Source: Selaginella moellendorffii
Taxonomy: Eukaryota > Plantae > Lycopodiophyta
Assembly: GCF_000143415.4 (NCBI RefSeq)
Contig: NW_003314293.1
Span: forward strand, 1,494,457-1,558,456
Reading direction: 5' to 3'
DNA length: 64,000 bases
Shown here piece after piece: positions 25,755 through 38,500 of the stretch. The notes beneath the pieces were generated by a model. The model had not been told where the DNA came from. It was given only the letters and a program-made list of their open reading frames with translations, and did not search any database. Within the stretch, counting starts at the first letter, position 1. Each line of letters opens with the position of its first letter. The position numbers and the translations under genes were made by a program.

Positions 25755-25896
25755 AGAAAAACAAGGAAAAAATAAGAGAGGATTGTAACCGAGGATTATA
25801 GTGACTTTTAAAAGGAATCATTGCAGAAAAACAAGGAAAAAATAAGAGAGGATTGTAACTGAGGATTATAGTGACTTTTAAAAGGAATCATTGCAG
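25755..25896 (+). repeat. ~70-bp tandem duplication in the BSL 3' region
   Basis: AGAAAAACAAGGAAAAAATAAGAGAGGATTGTAAC...AAAGGAATCATTGCAG occurs twice. Confidence 0.85.
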
Positions 25897-26484
25897 CTAA
25901 CCACGTAAACTCCAGAGGTGATGAAAATCTCCACGTTGTAGATTGAACTCGGCATTGTTCTCTGAGCTCGGCTTTCATCACGCTGTGCGAGAACTCTCTC
26001 TCTCTCTCTCTCGGGAGAGGAGGGAGGGAGGGAGGGAGCGAGAGAGAGAGAGAGAGAGGGAGATGGGCAAAAGAGTCTGGAACTTTTGTCTCGCGAGCTG
26101 AGTCGCGATCGAGTGGCGCCAGCGCTAGCGATCAATCCATCGCGTACCTATGGCGAAGAACAAAACGGAAAGGGATACTACACAGTGGGGAGATCGACTG
26201 CAACGAAATGCCATTGATCTTCTTACTTAGAAATATTATATACCACCTGGTTGTCCCTGAGCTCCCGTAGGTTTTCTGCGTCATTTGCTACAATCAGATT
26301 GAAAAGACTCTTGAAACTGGTACATGCCAGCTACCTTGCCGTTTCCCCTGTCCAACGCCAGTCTCGTTGTTAAGTATAGTTGACGAACTTCCATGTCATC
26401 AGGTGGTAAAACTCATCGAGAGTCCATCGCAGCCGTTGAACGAGGAGGGCATCCGACCGTCCAATCATTTTAAACCCCCATGCG

Positions 26485-27425
26485 ATGTCAGCGGTGGTGC
26501 ATTTTCAACGCGAATCGCTGGGGCGTATCACCAGCAGTGAGTTTGTCCTTTCCATGTTCCGTAAGCTCTGCTGCGTCGCCCAGAAAGAAGCTCGCATCGG
26601 CAGGTGCCTGGATGCGTATCGGGGGGACGACGGGCATTTCAATCCCAGGATCAACGACTCGGAGCTCTACTATCTGGTGGCCTTGCTCTACCTCGCGCGC
26701 TTCTTCGGCCACGACAAGAACCGTGTGCGGGAGTTCCTCAAGCGAGACGATTGCTTGGTGACGGGAGCGGAGCTGCTGGATCTCGTTGCCGCTGCGACTC
26801 CTCTGGAATCGTGCTCCAGCGCCATGCTTAAGGAGATGCGAGAAATGATCGACAAGGTCTTTGAATCCAAATTCTTCTCTCGCCACATTGCTGAGGTAAG
26901 AGGAAACATTTGTTCCTCAAGCTTGTCTGAGATCTCTCGATAAATGGCTTACAGAACGACTGCAGCCCCGTTCTCAAGTATCTGCGAGAGCAACTAAAAA
27001 ATCTGGATGGCGAGGATGCCGAGCAAGCTAGCAAGGGAGAGAAATATCTGGCGCAGGAGCATTTGCAGGAGCTGGAAAGAACAATCCTTACTATCTACAA
27101 GTATACTTACTTGGGTACGTTGGTTCTTCGTGATTTTGGTGTGGCTTCCACATACTTCTGCTTACATTGGTTCTTGCTTGAAGGGCCGTATAGATGGGAT
27201 CCAGAAACGTCTGTCTGGGGCATCGACGAAGACTTCTTCGATCGACCAAGTGATGACGAGTGGGACAGGCTGCTGCAAGCTGCTCGCGACAATCCTTTCT
27301 TCTACGATCTTATCTCGCTCAAGCCACCAAATTGCAGATACAACTTGCACGAAGAGGTAAAAGTTTCTGATGAGGTCTGTTGGTTCTCACGAGAACAACT
27401 TCCAGGCTTTCCTCGAGTGTGTTGA
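26485..27425 (+). CDS. Hypothetical protein, no recognisable family
   Basis: Exon 26485-26895 joins in frame to 26955 onward via a phase-0 GT-AG intron (26896-26954); a further donor may exist at ~27357. Confidence 0.55.
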
Positions 27426-28184
27426 GCACGCACATCTTTGGCTTCTCAATGCTGGCCTTCCAGTCTACTACAACTTCCCGCTGCACTGTTTGTATTGAAT
27501 AACTTTGGTTTATTGGTTAGAGCTTAGTGTTTCTATAATTACCAGACTCTGATCTTGCGAGAAAAGCACTTGGATCCAACTGAATTGGACAATCCACATG
27601 CTACACCTAGTCACTAGAAGATGCTGGGAAAGCATTAGAGTTGGGTTGGAGTCTAGAGAACTGGTCCAATTGGTCATGGAATGCATTAGAGCAAGTCACC
27701 AAGAGTTGAAGTGCCTAAATATGCTCAAACAAGTGTGCCGGGGGTGGGTGTCCTAAGAAAAAGGAACACTTTGTTGTAAATTGCTAGGTGAAATTCCTCC
27801 CAGTTGAGAAGCAACAACTAGAACTAAAGATGCCACTACAGATGCCCGTGGGAAGGGCAAGGGCCCTGCTATAAGTGGAGATGGTGTAATAATTGATGTT
27901 AGTGCTTGATCAAGCTCAATAATAGTTGGGATCTTTTTCTTCCTGCCACAAGTCATAGCTGCAATAGTCTCCTCCATTACAGATTCCACTCATGCAAAAG
28001 CCTTGCCACAATCTTGTAGTGGTAGAGCTTCGATGGCTTTTTGTTGCAACATTGCCTAGTAACCATTTACCTAGGCTGCATCATAGCTTTCTACTTCTTT
28101 TTGAGACACTACTCTAGGTGTAATTTTTAGCAATGATCATCATTGTGAATTCGGGAATTGTAGTGTGAGCATTAACAAGATGGT

Positions 28185-28788
28185 CCAGTACTATTCAAAC
28201 CCAAGGACACTTAACCCCAAATATCCCAAAACCCTTTCCCTCTATATTTGAACCTTTATGGATCATCTTTTGAGTCATTCCTTTTGGTTGCTTACAATCC
28301 ACTATGCTTCCCTACAAGTTCATGCCCTCATGAATGAAAGTTGAGAGTTACAGCTCTCCCAAGAGCCCCATGACCAAGTACTATTCAAACCCAAGGACAC
28401 TTAACCCCAAATATCCCAAAACCCTTTCCCTCTATATTTGAACCTTTATGGATCATCTTTTGAGTCATTCCCTTTGGTTGCTTACAATCCACCATGCTTC
28501 CCTACAAGTTCATGCCTTCATGAATGAAAGTTGAGAGTTACAGCTCTCCCGAGAGCCCCATTCTCTTGACACCTTACCCCTCGGGTCGAGCCCAGCCGGA
28601 ACTTGAATTTAGACTTCCTAGGAGGTCACTCAGCTTAGTATTATTCAAACCCAAGGACGCTTAACCCTAAATATCCCAAGACCCTTAACCGATTAGAAAA
28701 AGGGGTGCACTCTTATTCATGGACCATTTCCCTTTATATTTGAACCCCTATAGATCGTTTTTTGAGTGGTTCCCTTTGGTTGTTTACA
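28185..28788 (-). mobile_element. Degenerate tandem array of Cassandra-like TRIM units
   Basis: Three LTR-like segments (AGTACTATTCAAACCCAAGGACACTTAACCCC...GGTTGCTTACA) alternate with internal fragments; same family as 44258-46104. Confidence 0.75.
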
Positions 28789-29899
28789 TTACTTTTACTT
28801 TTATTGCTGGAGTATTGTAGCGCATGTAATCATAGGATAAGATTTGGATATACTGTCACCATAAATCCTTGGAACTTTAGGGGATAAATGGGGATAAAAT
28901 AGTGTAAGAGACTAAAATTTTTCCATTTTACTTTAGTCATTTAACCGCACCTCTGACCACTTCGAGGAGTCTCATTCACAACCTCCATAAGTCCTAGTTA
29001 GGACTTGGGGCTTGCTAGCCCCGAGAATGGCATCCATGCCACTCAACCTTTGCACTTGGTCCAAGTGCTCCATGTGTCCGATCCCATGATCGACACCCCA
29101 AGGTACCACCAACATACCAGCCCGTTACGCTAGGCCATGCCCATTCGCCTTGGTCATATCGGTGGTCCAACACCATTTGCATCATAGTCCTGTCTCTCAA
29201 AGATTGGGCCATCCGTCCGTGAGTGATCATCCCAGATCCACTCCTTAGCATCCTTAGGATGCCCGCAGATATGGGGAATAGCCTTCCCCAACATCTCTTT
29301 TCCAGTCCCCACCAAGTCCCTTTTTGTCCATGGCCGTGTTCGCCCACACTACTACTAGATCAAGGCCCGCAAGCCCAACCTCTAAGTGCCACTATCTTTT
29401 GGGACTTCCTCACCATGTGACCGTATCCTTGGTCACTGCACTAGAGAACTGCTCCTCTTCTCTTTCACCGTTTGGGACTTTGGGACAACATTTCAGAACA
29501 CCGTGGCCTTACGCAAGCCTCATGGGTACTCTCCCCACCTTCTGCCTTTTGGTGCTCTAGCCATGGGCTTAGAGCGAGGTTCCATTGAGCCACACCAGGT
29601 ATCCAAGTAGGTAGTGCCACCCACACTTGGACTGGGAGCATCGGCCAGTCGATCTCCCTGGGGAACTAGAGCTGGCTCTTGAACACTTCACCAAGCTACC
29701 CCGCTTGTCGGTTTGTGTTCACTTTAGTCTTGGAATTCCCAGTGAGCAGCTCATCACCTAACACTGGGTACAGCCTTCCTGGGCCAAACCGGCCTTTCCT
29801 GGCCAAACTGGCTCCACTGCAATCCTCCCCCTACTATACTTTTGGAGTTCACCAAACCCCCCAGGGTCTGGGAGATGAACGCTTTGGGCTTTCACCCTC

Positions 29900-30555
29900 T
29901 CAGACTCGAACTCGGACTTGGACTCGGACTCGGACTCGGGCTCGGGCTCAGGCTCGGGCTCGGGCTCGGTCTCGGACTCGGTCTCGGTCTTGGGCTCGGG
30001 CTCAGGCTCGGGCTCGGGCTCGGTCTCGGACTCGGTCTCAATCTCGGCCTCGGCCTTGGTGTCGGCCCCGGTCTCGGCCTCGGTCCCGGTCCCGGTCTTG
30101 GTCTTGGTCCTGGTCTCGGTCCCAGTCTCGACTTTGGACTCCATCTCGGGTCCATCTCGGACTCCATCTCGAGTCCATCTCGGGTCTAGCTCGGACTCCA
30201 TCTCGGACTCCATCTCGAGTCCATTTCGGGTCCACCTCGAACTCCATCTCGGACTCCATCTCGGGTCCATCTCGGACTCCACCTCGGACTCTATCTCGGA
30301 CTCCATCTCGGACTCCATCTCGGGTCCATCTCGGGTCCATCTCGGGTCCACCTCAAACTCCATCTTGGACTCCATCTCGGGTCCATCTCAGACTCCATCT
30401 CGGGTCCATCTCGGGTCCACCTTGGACTCCATCTCGGACTCCATCTCGGGTCCATCTCGGACTCCATCTCGGACTCCATCTCGGGTCCATCTCGGACTCC
30501 ATCTCAGACTCCACTTTGGACTCCACTTTGGACCCCAACTCGGGTCCATCTTGGA
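29900..30555. repeat. Hexamer/12-mer arrays (GGACTC/GGGCTC; GGACTCCATCTC) within the family A LTR
   Basis: Directly visible; homologous arrays at 43320-43660 and 61385-61965. Confidence 0.95.
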
Positions 30556-33500
30556 CACTTCCACGTGTCATGTGTTAGTCCTTTTGGGTCCCTTTTTGGA
30601 GCCTCGCTTATTGCTCACTTCGTGCTCATTCCTCGAGCACTTCGTTGGGAGTTCCACTCCCACTCTCGACCTTTTCAAGTCGGAGCTTTTAGTCCAAACG
30701 TGTTATGCTCGTTTGGCTTTCGCTTCGGCCACTACCACGTGGCACCCTTCCGGCTCCATTTTGGGGCCTAGGAATTTTGTGTCTCACAACTCCACCACCC
30801 ATAGACGAAGTTCGATGTCCTCATCGAATGGTAAACCCTTTTTATAAAGTAACACCCACAGGTGTTACCATTTCCATCCTTGGCACCCAGCCAATGCTTG
30901 TCTATGGTTTGACACCAAAGGCTCACCATGCCTTGTCCATCCTTTAAGGAGCATAGTCTCTCCAACATAGAGACTCATTCGGCCACCTGGGGTGGTTTGC
31001 TCCCTTTTATTGGTTCAGTTCTCGCTAAACCCGTTAGAGACCTTCTCTAACTCAATTCCACTACTCATTCTCGAGTAGTCTCAGATTCCATCGACATAAC
31101 CTTTGCACTTTGGAACTTTTGATTTTGACTTTTCAGAGTCAATTTCCTAGGTGTCTCCAACACCTTACATTGCACATGGTGCAACTCCACTTCCCCATCC
31201 TAGGAAGTTCTTTACTTGAGGGCACCCTCATCCTCTCTTCGATATCGTACCACCTTTGGCACTAAGTTCCAATTATTATAAATTGTGTTAGGGCTGCCCG
31301 CAGCCCTATTATTTGGCTACCTTACTGCTCCCCCCCTTGGAGCTTCCACTTTCGCCAAATCGGAGCGGCTGGGAATCCATCCTTGGGAAAACATTGCCTT
31401 TCCCACAATCTGTTAGCACCCAATACATTAGTGTTTTTGGCCTAATTTTGCCATTTGGATTCTTTCCCCTGATTCCCATGGCTCTTTCTTAGCCACTAGT
31501 CTTTTCCTCCTATCCTTGATTGTTGCACCTAACAACATAGGATTGCTACCTGCATTCTTGAGGTATCCTTTTGGTTCCATAGCAAACACTTTGCTTCGCC
31601 AAGTCCAAAGGGTGTTCACCTCTAGTACGTCTCTTTAACATTTTCTACTGTGGGCTCTATCCACAGCCCAACTTTGTGACCCTCCCATGGGTCTCTTATA
31701 GAGACTACTTTCCTCGGACTCACTATTTCATTGCATTGATATATCTCATTTCCCTTAGGTGTCCTTCCCACTTGGTCATCTTGACCAAGCCACACCCTCA
31801 TCAATAGTTCCAATCAACACTTTGAACTTGAAACTTTATCCCTTAACCTCACAAGGACCTTGTCCCTATTTAGCCACAAGATCACCGAGTGATCTCATCT
31901 TGGCACCTTAACAGGTTTGCCAATAGGTATTAGGTCTTCCTGATCTTTAAGTTGTTCACTATGACCCCGAGGGCATCCCCCACACTTGGCGGTGCACCCA
32001 AGCTAGCCCTTCTGGCCAAGGGTCCATAGCAACTGAGATTGGGTGTCCCCATCTCATTCACCACGTCCTTGGTGCCACTTGCACCAAAGGGTTCAAGTTA
32101 GATATGCCGAGCCACACTCAGCAATTTAACCGTGCATCACGACTCCGAGGCATCCCTTGCTTGGCGGTGTGCCCAAACCAGTCTCACTGAGAGTTCATGA
32201 CCACCGAAAAATGAGTGTCCTCATTTTCCAAACCATCACCACGCCCTAGTGATTTGGGACTCGAACCCAAGCACTAGAGTGTCGGGACTCGAACCCAACC
32301 TCCGTATATGCATCTACAAATGGCATCACACCGGATGCCTGGCGTGACTCCCCATGCTGGTGCACCATCATACACTTAAAGCGCGCTACAGATCACAACT
32401 TAGGAACCTAGTTCCTCCGCACTGCCAAGTCCTCTCACTTGACAAGTTTGTGATCATGCATGGACTCCTCCATGCTTGGCCCTATGGGCCACCCCTTTGA
32501 AGTTGGCTCCTTCAACTAGGGTATTTGTTCCCCTGACTTTCCAATCTCACTTAGCAAGTCATTCGACCACCGTAACATGGTTTATGCATAAGTGTGAAAG
32601 TCCTTAACCATCAACTTTCATTCAAAGCCCTCTCTTTGAACACTCGGGAACTACTTCCCTAACCTTGATAGCCTCACCTCTCGGCAAGCTTCAAGACCAT
32701 GCTTCTACTGCGCCACTCTGATTTCGTGCGCTCTATAAACCATTTACACTTTGACGTCTAGGTACTTAGGAGGAACGTTCAAGGAACTCTGTTCCTTAGC
32801 TTGCTAAAGTCTCTCCTTTCACAAGCTTTCTAATTGCCATATAGTCTAACATGGATAATCCCATGCTTTAGACTTTTCATGGCATCCCGGTCGCTAGTAA
32901 CAACATGCTTGAGCACCCACTTGATTCTTCACTCCCAATTGGCATAACCACCCTTGGTCATGCCTGTCAATTCTTATGGTTCGGTTCTATCCTTATATTA
33001 CTTGCCTTTTGGCCTTATACATTTCCATTGGTTATTTTCCTCCAGATTAGGAAGATAGCTTTGCACTTTTTACCATGCCTTGGCAAATATTCATAAGGAT
33101 GAACCTACTCGACAGCCTAGGGAGTGGTTCCTCAATCCGGGTTTGCTCACCTTGTAATCCCACATACTAGGATTACCGTTGCTACTTATGGGCCTTCATA
33201 TGCCCATCACTAGCCCCACTAAAATCCCGTCTTTGGCTTTGTCCGATTTGGGTAGACAGACTTCTCCCGTCACCGCAACCTCGGACATTTGGATAGCACC
33301 TCCTATCCATCATTTGCTAGGGATTTTGTCCCTTGGGCATTATCCGTTACCCTCATGACACCAAACACCACCTTCTGGTGTTCTAGAGTGTTTGGGTGTC
33401 CCAATGATGGCCTCTTTGACAATGAGGATTCCCCTTTTCGACATTGACTTATTATATCACAAGATAAGCAATTTATCCTCTATAAGGGTATATCTAACTT

Positions 33501-35522
33501 TCTTATCCCAATAAGAAATCTTAAGTAGTTGCCTTCTACCAGTTTAATGAATTATTTTGCACCTTTTGCTTAGTTGCCTAATAGTTAAGTTCTATAACTC
33601 ATTGCTGGTGCTTCCACACCTCCATCATTATCTGGGTCACCACACTCTAACCGCATGCCTTCTAGTTTAGGCTATGCCATTCCCATTTCCATTGGGATTC
33701 TTTTAGATGGGGTTCTCATGAACCCGCCAACTTGACCTCAAGGCAGCACGCCTTAGCACCTTTGGTGTCTCCACACCATTGGCTCCACGAGCCTACCTTT
33801 ATGACACTTCTTACTTGTGTCTAGGTCTTTTTGCCAAGACCAATATGATTGTCTCTTATGCCAATTATCCATTAGTACTGCACCATAGAGTTTATGCACA
33901 ATTTTGTGTCAAAGTTGATTTCTTTCGAGAAACTCTTTCCCACAACTTTAGCATGGCACCTTCTGCCATCAATGAGATACACACGGTTTTCATGCTTGGA
34001 TCTCAAGATCCTCCCCATCTTTCGTGGGGCACCACACACCTCAGTCCAAATCCCTTAGGATTATTCCTTGACTCTATTAGAGTCATCAAACTTTTTGGAC
34101 TTTGTTAATCCAACGACCCATGAGGTCCTACTTTTGAGGTGTCAGCTCACTAGAATACAACTCCTTGTATTCATGTCCTACTCACAAGGACCGTCTTTGC
34201 AAGTGTTACTCCGACACTTGATTTGTTCTCTAGGGGCAACCTTTTGCCTCTTATGACCACTTGTCCACATGATGAGCATACCAACTCATCTTCTAAGTAC
34301 ACCCCCAACTCCTTGGGTTGTTCCAGCATTTATTAAAGGTAGCCCTAGCTATCATTTTAAGGACTTGTGTCCTCTTTCATATTTGACTTCCCACAGTTAT
34401 CAATTCTGGTCTCAAACTTATGAGCACTAGCCTCAACTATATGAGGGTAACCTTGTGACTCCCTTATTGTTTTAGAGTCTCTATCTTTCCCGTGATCCCA
34501 ATTATAGTTGTTTACCACAACTACAATAGCTAGTTTGCTAAGTCAAACGCTCATCTGGATCACATCCTCAACTCTCTGAGGAAAACCTTATACTATTCCC
34601 AAGATCCCAAAGTTGTTCCCTTACTGGCCCTTTTCCATCCACCACATTGTGCACAAGTTCACGCATGAACTTGAGTGGAGAGCCATGTCCTCTCGACAGA
34701 CTACTCCTCGAGGATAGGTCCACACATAGGACCTTCCAATTCCAATACAAGTGGTGATATATTTGGCCACCAATAAGAGTTGGACTAAAGAATAGCTTCG
34801 ATACCAAGTTGTAAGAGACTAAAATTTTTCCATTTTACTTTAGTCACTTAACCGCACCTCCGACCACTTCGAGGAGTCTCATTCACAACCTCCATAAGTC
34901 CCAGTTAGGACTTAGGGCTTGCTAGCCCCGAGAATGGCATCTATGCCACTCAACCTTTGCACTTGGTCCAAGTGCTCCATATGTCTGATCCCATGATCGA
35001 CACCCCAAGGTACCACCAACATACCAGCCCGTTACGCTAGGCCATGCCCATTCGCCTTGGTCACATCGGTGGTCCAACACCATTTGCATCATAGTCCTGT
35101 CTCTCAAAGATTGGGCCATCCGTCCGTGAGTGATCATCCCAGATTCACTCCTTAGCATCCTTAGGATGCCCGCAGACATGGGGAATAGCCTTCCCCGACA
35201 TCTCTTTTCCAGTCCCCACCAAGTCCCTTTTTGTCCATGGCCGTGTTCGCCCACACTACCACTAGATCAAGGCCCGCAAGCCCAACCTCTAAGTGCCACT
35301 ATCCTTTGGGACTTCCTCACCATGTGACCGTATCCTTGGTCACTGCACTAGAGGACTGCTCCTCTTCCCTTTCACCATTTGGGACTTTGGGACAACATTT
35401 CGGAACACCGTGGCCTTACGCAAGCCTCATGGGTACTCTCCCCACCTTCTGCTTTTTGGTGCTCTAGCCATGGGCTTAGAGCGAGGTTCCATTGAGCCAC
35501 ACCAGGTATCCAAGTAGGTAGT

Positions 35523-38500
35523 TGTAAGGAACCAACTCGCCGAGGTGTCGTAGGTTAAAGGAACCCCGAAAGCATGACCAAAATGACAAAGAGTTCATCG
35601 GATGGGACCAAGTCGAAGATCGAGTCCAAGACCGACTCTAGGACCGAGTTCGAGATAGAGTCCAGAATCGAGTCCGAGACCGACTCGGGGACCGAGTTCG
35701 AGTCCGAGTTCAAGACTGAGTTTGAGACGGAGTCCGAGATCCGAAATCGGGTCCGAGACCGAGTCCGAGGTCAGGTCCAAGATCGGGTCCGAGATCGAGT
35801 CCGAGATCGAGTCCGAACCCGAATCCGAAGTCGGATCCGAAATCGGGTCCGAGATCGAGCCAGAGACTAAGTCCAAATACTAATACGGGTCAAGGGGTGA
35901 AAGCCCAAAGCATGCGTCTCCCAGGGGAGGGGTGCTGCAGGGGGTTCCAAAAGTATAGTAGGGATAGTGAGGTCCAGGAACCAGTTTAGAAGGGACTCTC
36001 CAGTGGGGCTCCCAAACTGACTTGAGGTTGGGACTGGGACCGAGGGGCCTTGGGTGGGAGTGAGCATGGACTTGGTTGGTGCCGGAGGGGCCATCCAAGG
36101 AAGTGCTCAAGAGCAGCTCCCACTCCCGAAAGGGAAACCGATTGCGGTGCTCCCGGCTCATGTGGAGTGGTGCCCCACTTGAGTACCATGCGGCTCATTG
36201 GTCCTCGCCCTTCCTAGGGGCTTGGGCCTTCCTTCGGGATGGAAGTGGGGGGCGAGAGGTACCCATACCGGGCCGCTAGGCCACGGTGTTTCGCCCCGGC
36301 ATCCCGAAGCAAGTGTTGCACTCAAGACTTGGGATTTAGAGGGTCCCATGATCAAGTCTTGTGGTACCAAAGGATGTTAGGAACCTGGAAGCTTGGTGTG
36401 CTTGGCTGCTTGTGCTTGCGGGGAGTGTAGCCGAACCTTAAGTCCAGTTTAACCCGGGGAGGGGGATTGGGAGTGATTTGGGAATCCGTGGAGGGATGGC
36501 TAACACTCCGTTGCTCGTGCAGTGAGTAGCTGAGACCAAGTAGGAGCTGGTACCATAGGCGAGAACCTTGGCAAGGGAACTTAGCAAAAGCCAAGGCGGT
36601 GTTGGACGGATAAACGAGGTAAGTTGGCAAATTGGAAAGGAAAAATTTGTGGCTTACAATTTGGTATCGGAGCCTTTATCTCAGTTCTAGCGAAGGATAG
36701 AGGTGGATTGCTGGGAGATGGCAAGGGCAGGGCGTAAGTGAACCCAGGCGGAGACGGAACCTCCGGTCGAACAAGAGGCTATGGATGAGGAATCCTTGCA
36801 TGAGGAGGACTCTAGTGAGGAAACTTCCAAACAGGAGTCCGATGGCGAGGTTCGGTCGTCCAAGGCTCGATTGGACGTGCTAGAAGGACAGTTGGCACAG
36901 ACCAATGCCCTGCTGGAAACTCTCCTACGCAAGCTAAAGCGTGACGAGAGGCGGAAGAAAAAGAAAAAGACTGCGGATGCTGGCAGCGCAGAAGGTGCGG
37001 ATCTTTCGGCCGGGACTGAGGCAAAACCAGACAAGGTCGAACAGACCGAAGTAGAATCAGTCCCTCAGGCAGTTCCCAAGTACAAACCAAAGCCCCCACC
37101 GGTCTTCAAGGGAGTGAACGACTATAAAGTGGTGGAGGATTGGTTTTACGATATGGAGGACTACTTCCGAGCGTTGCGATTACCGAGCTCGGAGAAGGTC
37201 CCATGTGCAAAACCATACTTGGCAGATAATGCCAAGTCTTGGTGGAGAACGACGGAGGCCAACGAAGGACCAGTGGCCACTTGGGACATGATGAAGGCGA
37301 GGATCCGCGCAACATACGTTCCTCCGAATGCCACTCTGTATCTGAGAGATGAGCTGAGTAGGCTGAAGCAGACTGGAACCATCCAGGAATATGTGAATGG
37401 GTTCATGGCAAAGAGGATACTTGTCACGGACATGGGGGATATGGATGCGTTCCATGCCTTCATATCAGGTTTGCAAACCTGGGCTCGCGGTGAGGTGATG
37501 CGGTGGAACCCGACCAACTACAAAGAAGCGTTGGATGCGGCCATCAAGGTGCATTTCAACGATAACCTGCGAAAGGGGAACACGACGGGGTCGGGATCCA
37601 CATTTAGCAAAGGGGCCAAACCAAGGGGAACGTATAGCAAGGGGAAATTCAAAAAGAGTTTCTCTAAGAATGAGTCCTCGGGGTTCCTGAAAGGCAAATC
37701 CGGTGGCCAGCGAGCGAGTACGTGGGGGAGTCAAGCGAAAAAAGACAAACCCACGGATAAGAAGGTCAAGTCGTATAGCAGCGTGGGAAACAACGTATGC
37801 TACAACTGCGGCGAAGCGGGACACTTCTCGAGGGAATGTCCCTACCCGAAGAAGGCCAGAGCCAATATGGCCATCAAGTCGGGTGAAGTCCAAACGGAGG
37901 TATGTGATCTAGTCCCTAACTCAAAGTTACTCATTACACGAGCAACTTTGGTAGAGAGTCGTTCGCGACATCTACTAGCCCTCCGAGGGAAGCTCGGAGG
38001 TAGCTTTGTTAAGATCCTTATTGACACAGGTGCTTCGGATAATTTTGTGGCTGCAGACATAGTCTGGCAAGCCGGACTAACGGTGCAGCGGCTAGGTGAA
38101 CCAAGGACTATAGAGTTTGTTTAGGGTAGCCAAAGCACCGATGAGGTACTTCGACAAGCGAGAGTCGAAGTGGGGACATGGAAAGTGGACATGGATTTCA
38201 CCGTCTTGGACATGGCGGGATTTGACGTGATCTTCGGAATGGATTGGTTTAATCGGTTCGTGGTAGCCCTGCATGGACAAGGTAAGAACCTTGTGGTATT
38301 GGCGAATGCCCAAGGAAGAAGATCTAGGGTGGAGGCCCAGGATCTAAAGGTAGGGCAAAGCAAGGCCAAAGAGTCATGCTTAAACCTGGTGTCCACGAGA
38401 GGACAACTCACTAAAGGAACTAAGGCAACCTTTTTGTGCTTACTCTCGGTGAAGAGTGACAAAAAGACAAGAACGGAAGAAGTACCTTTAGTGATCCAGC

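Noticed and set aside
25994-26062. (CT)n/(GA)n inverted microsatellite as a hairpin RNA
   Set aside because: Low-complexity GA/CT tracts are common near plant promoters; no other support
29679-30847. Long Ser/Asp, Gly/Leu and Arg/Thr-rich ORFs (also 43039-43876 and 61138-62239)
   Set aside because: Products of stop-free hexamer arrays inside LTRs; open in several frames on both strands
35610-35870. CRISPR-like or protein-coding repeat array
   Set aside because: Degenerate 6/12-bp units without unique spacers, located within an LTR; eukaryotic context
38122-38124. TAG between the gag and pol ORFs as programmed readthrough
   Set aside because: It lies inside the protease domain, and relic D has a Gln codon at this position (IEFIQG), so it is best read as a C>T nonsense mutation
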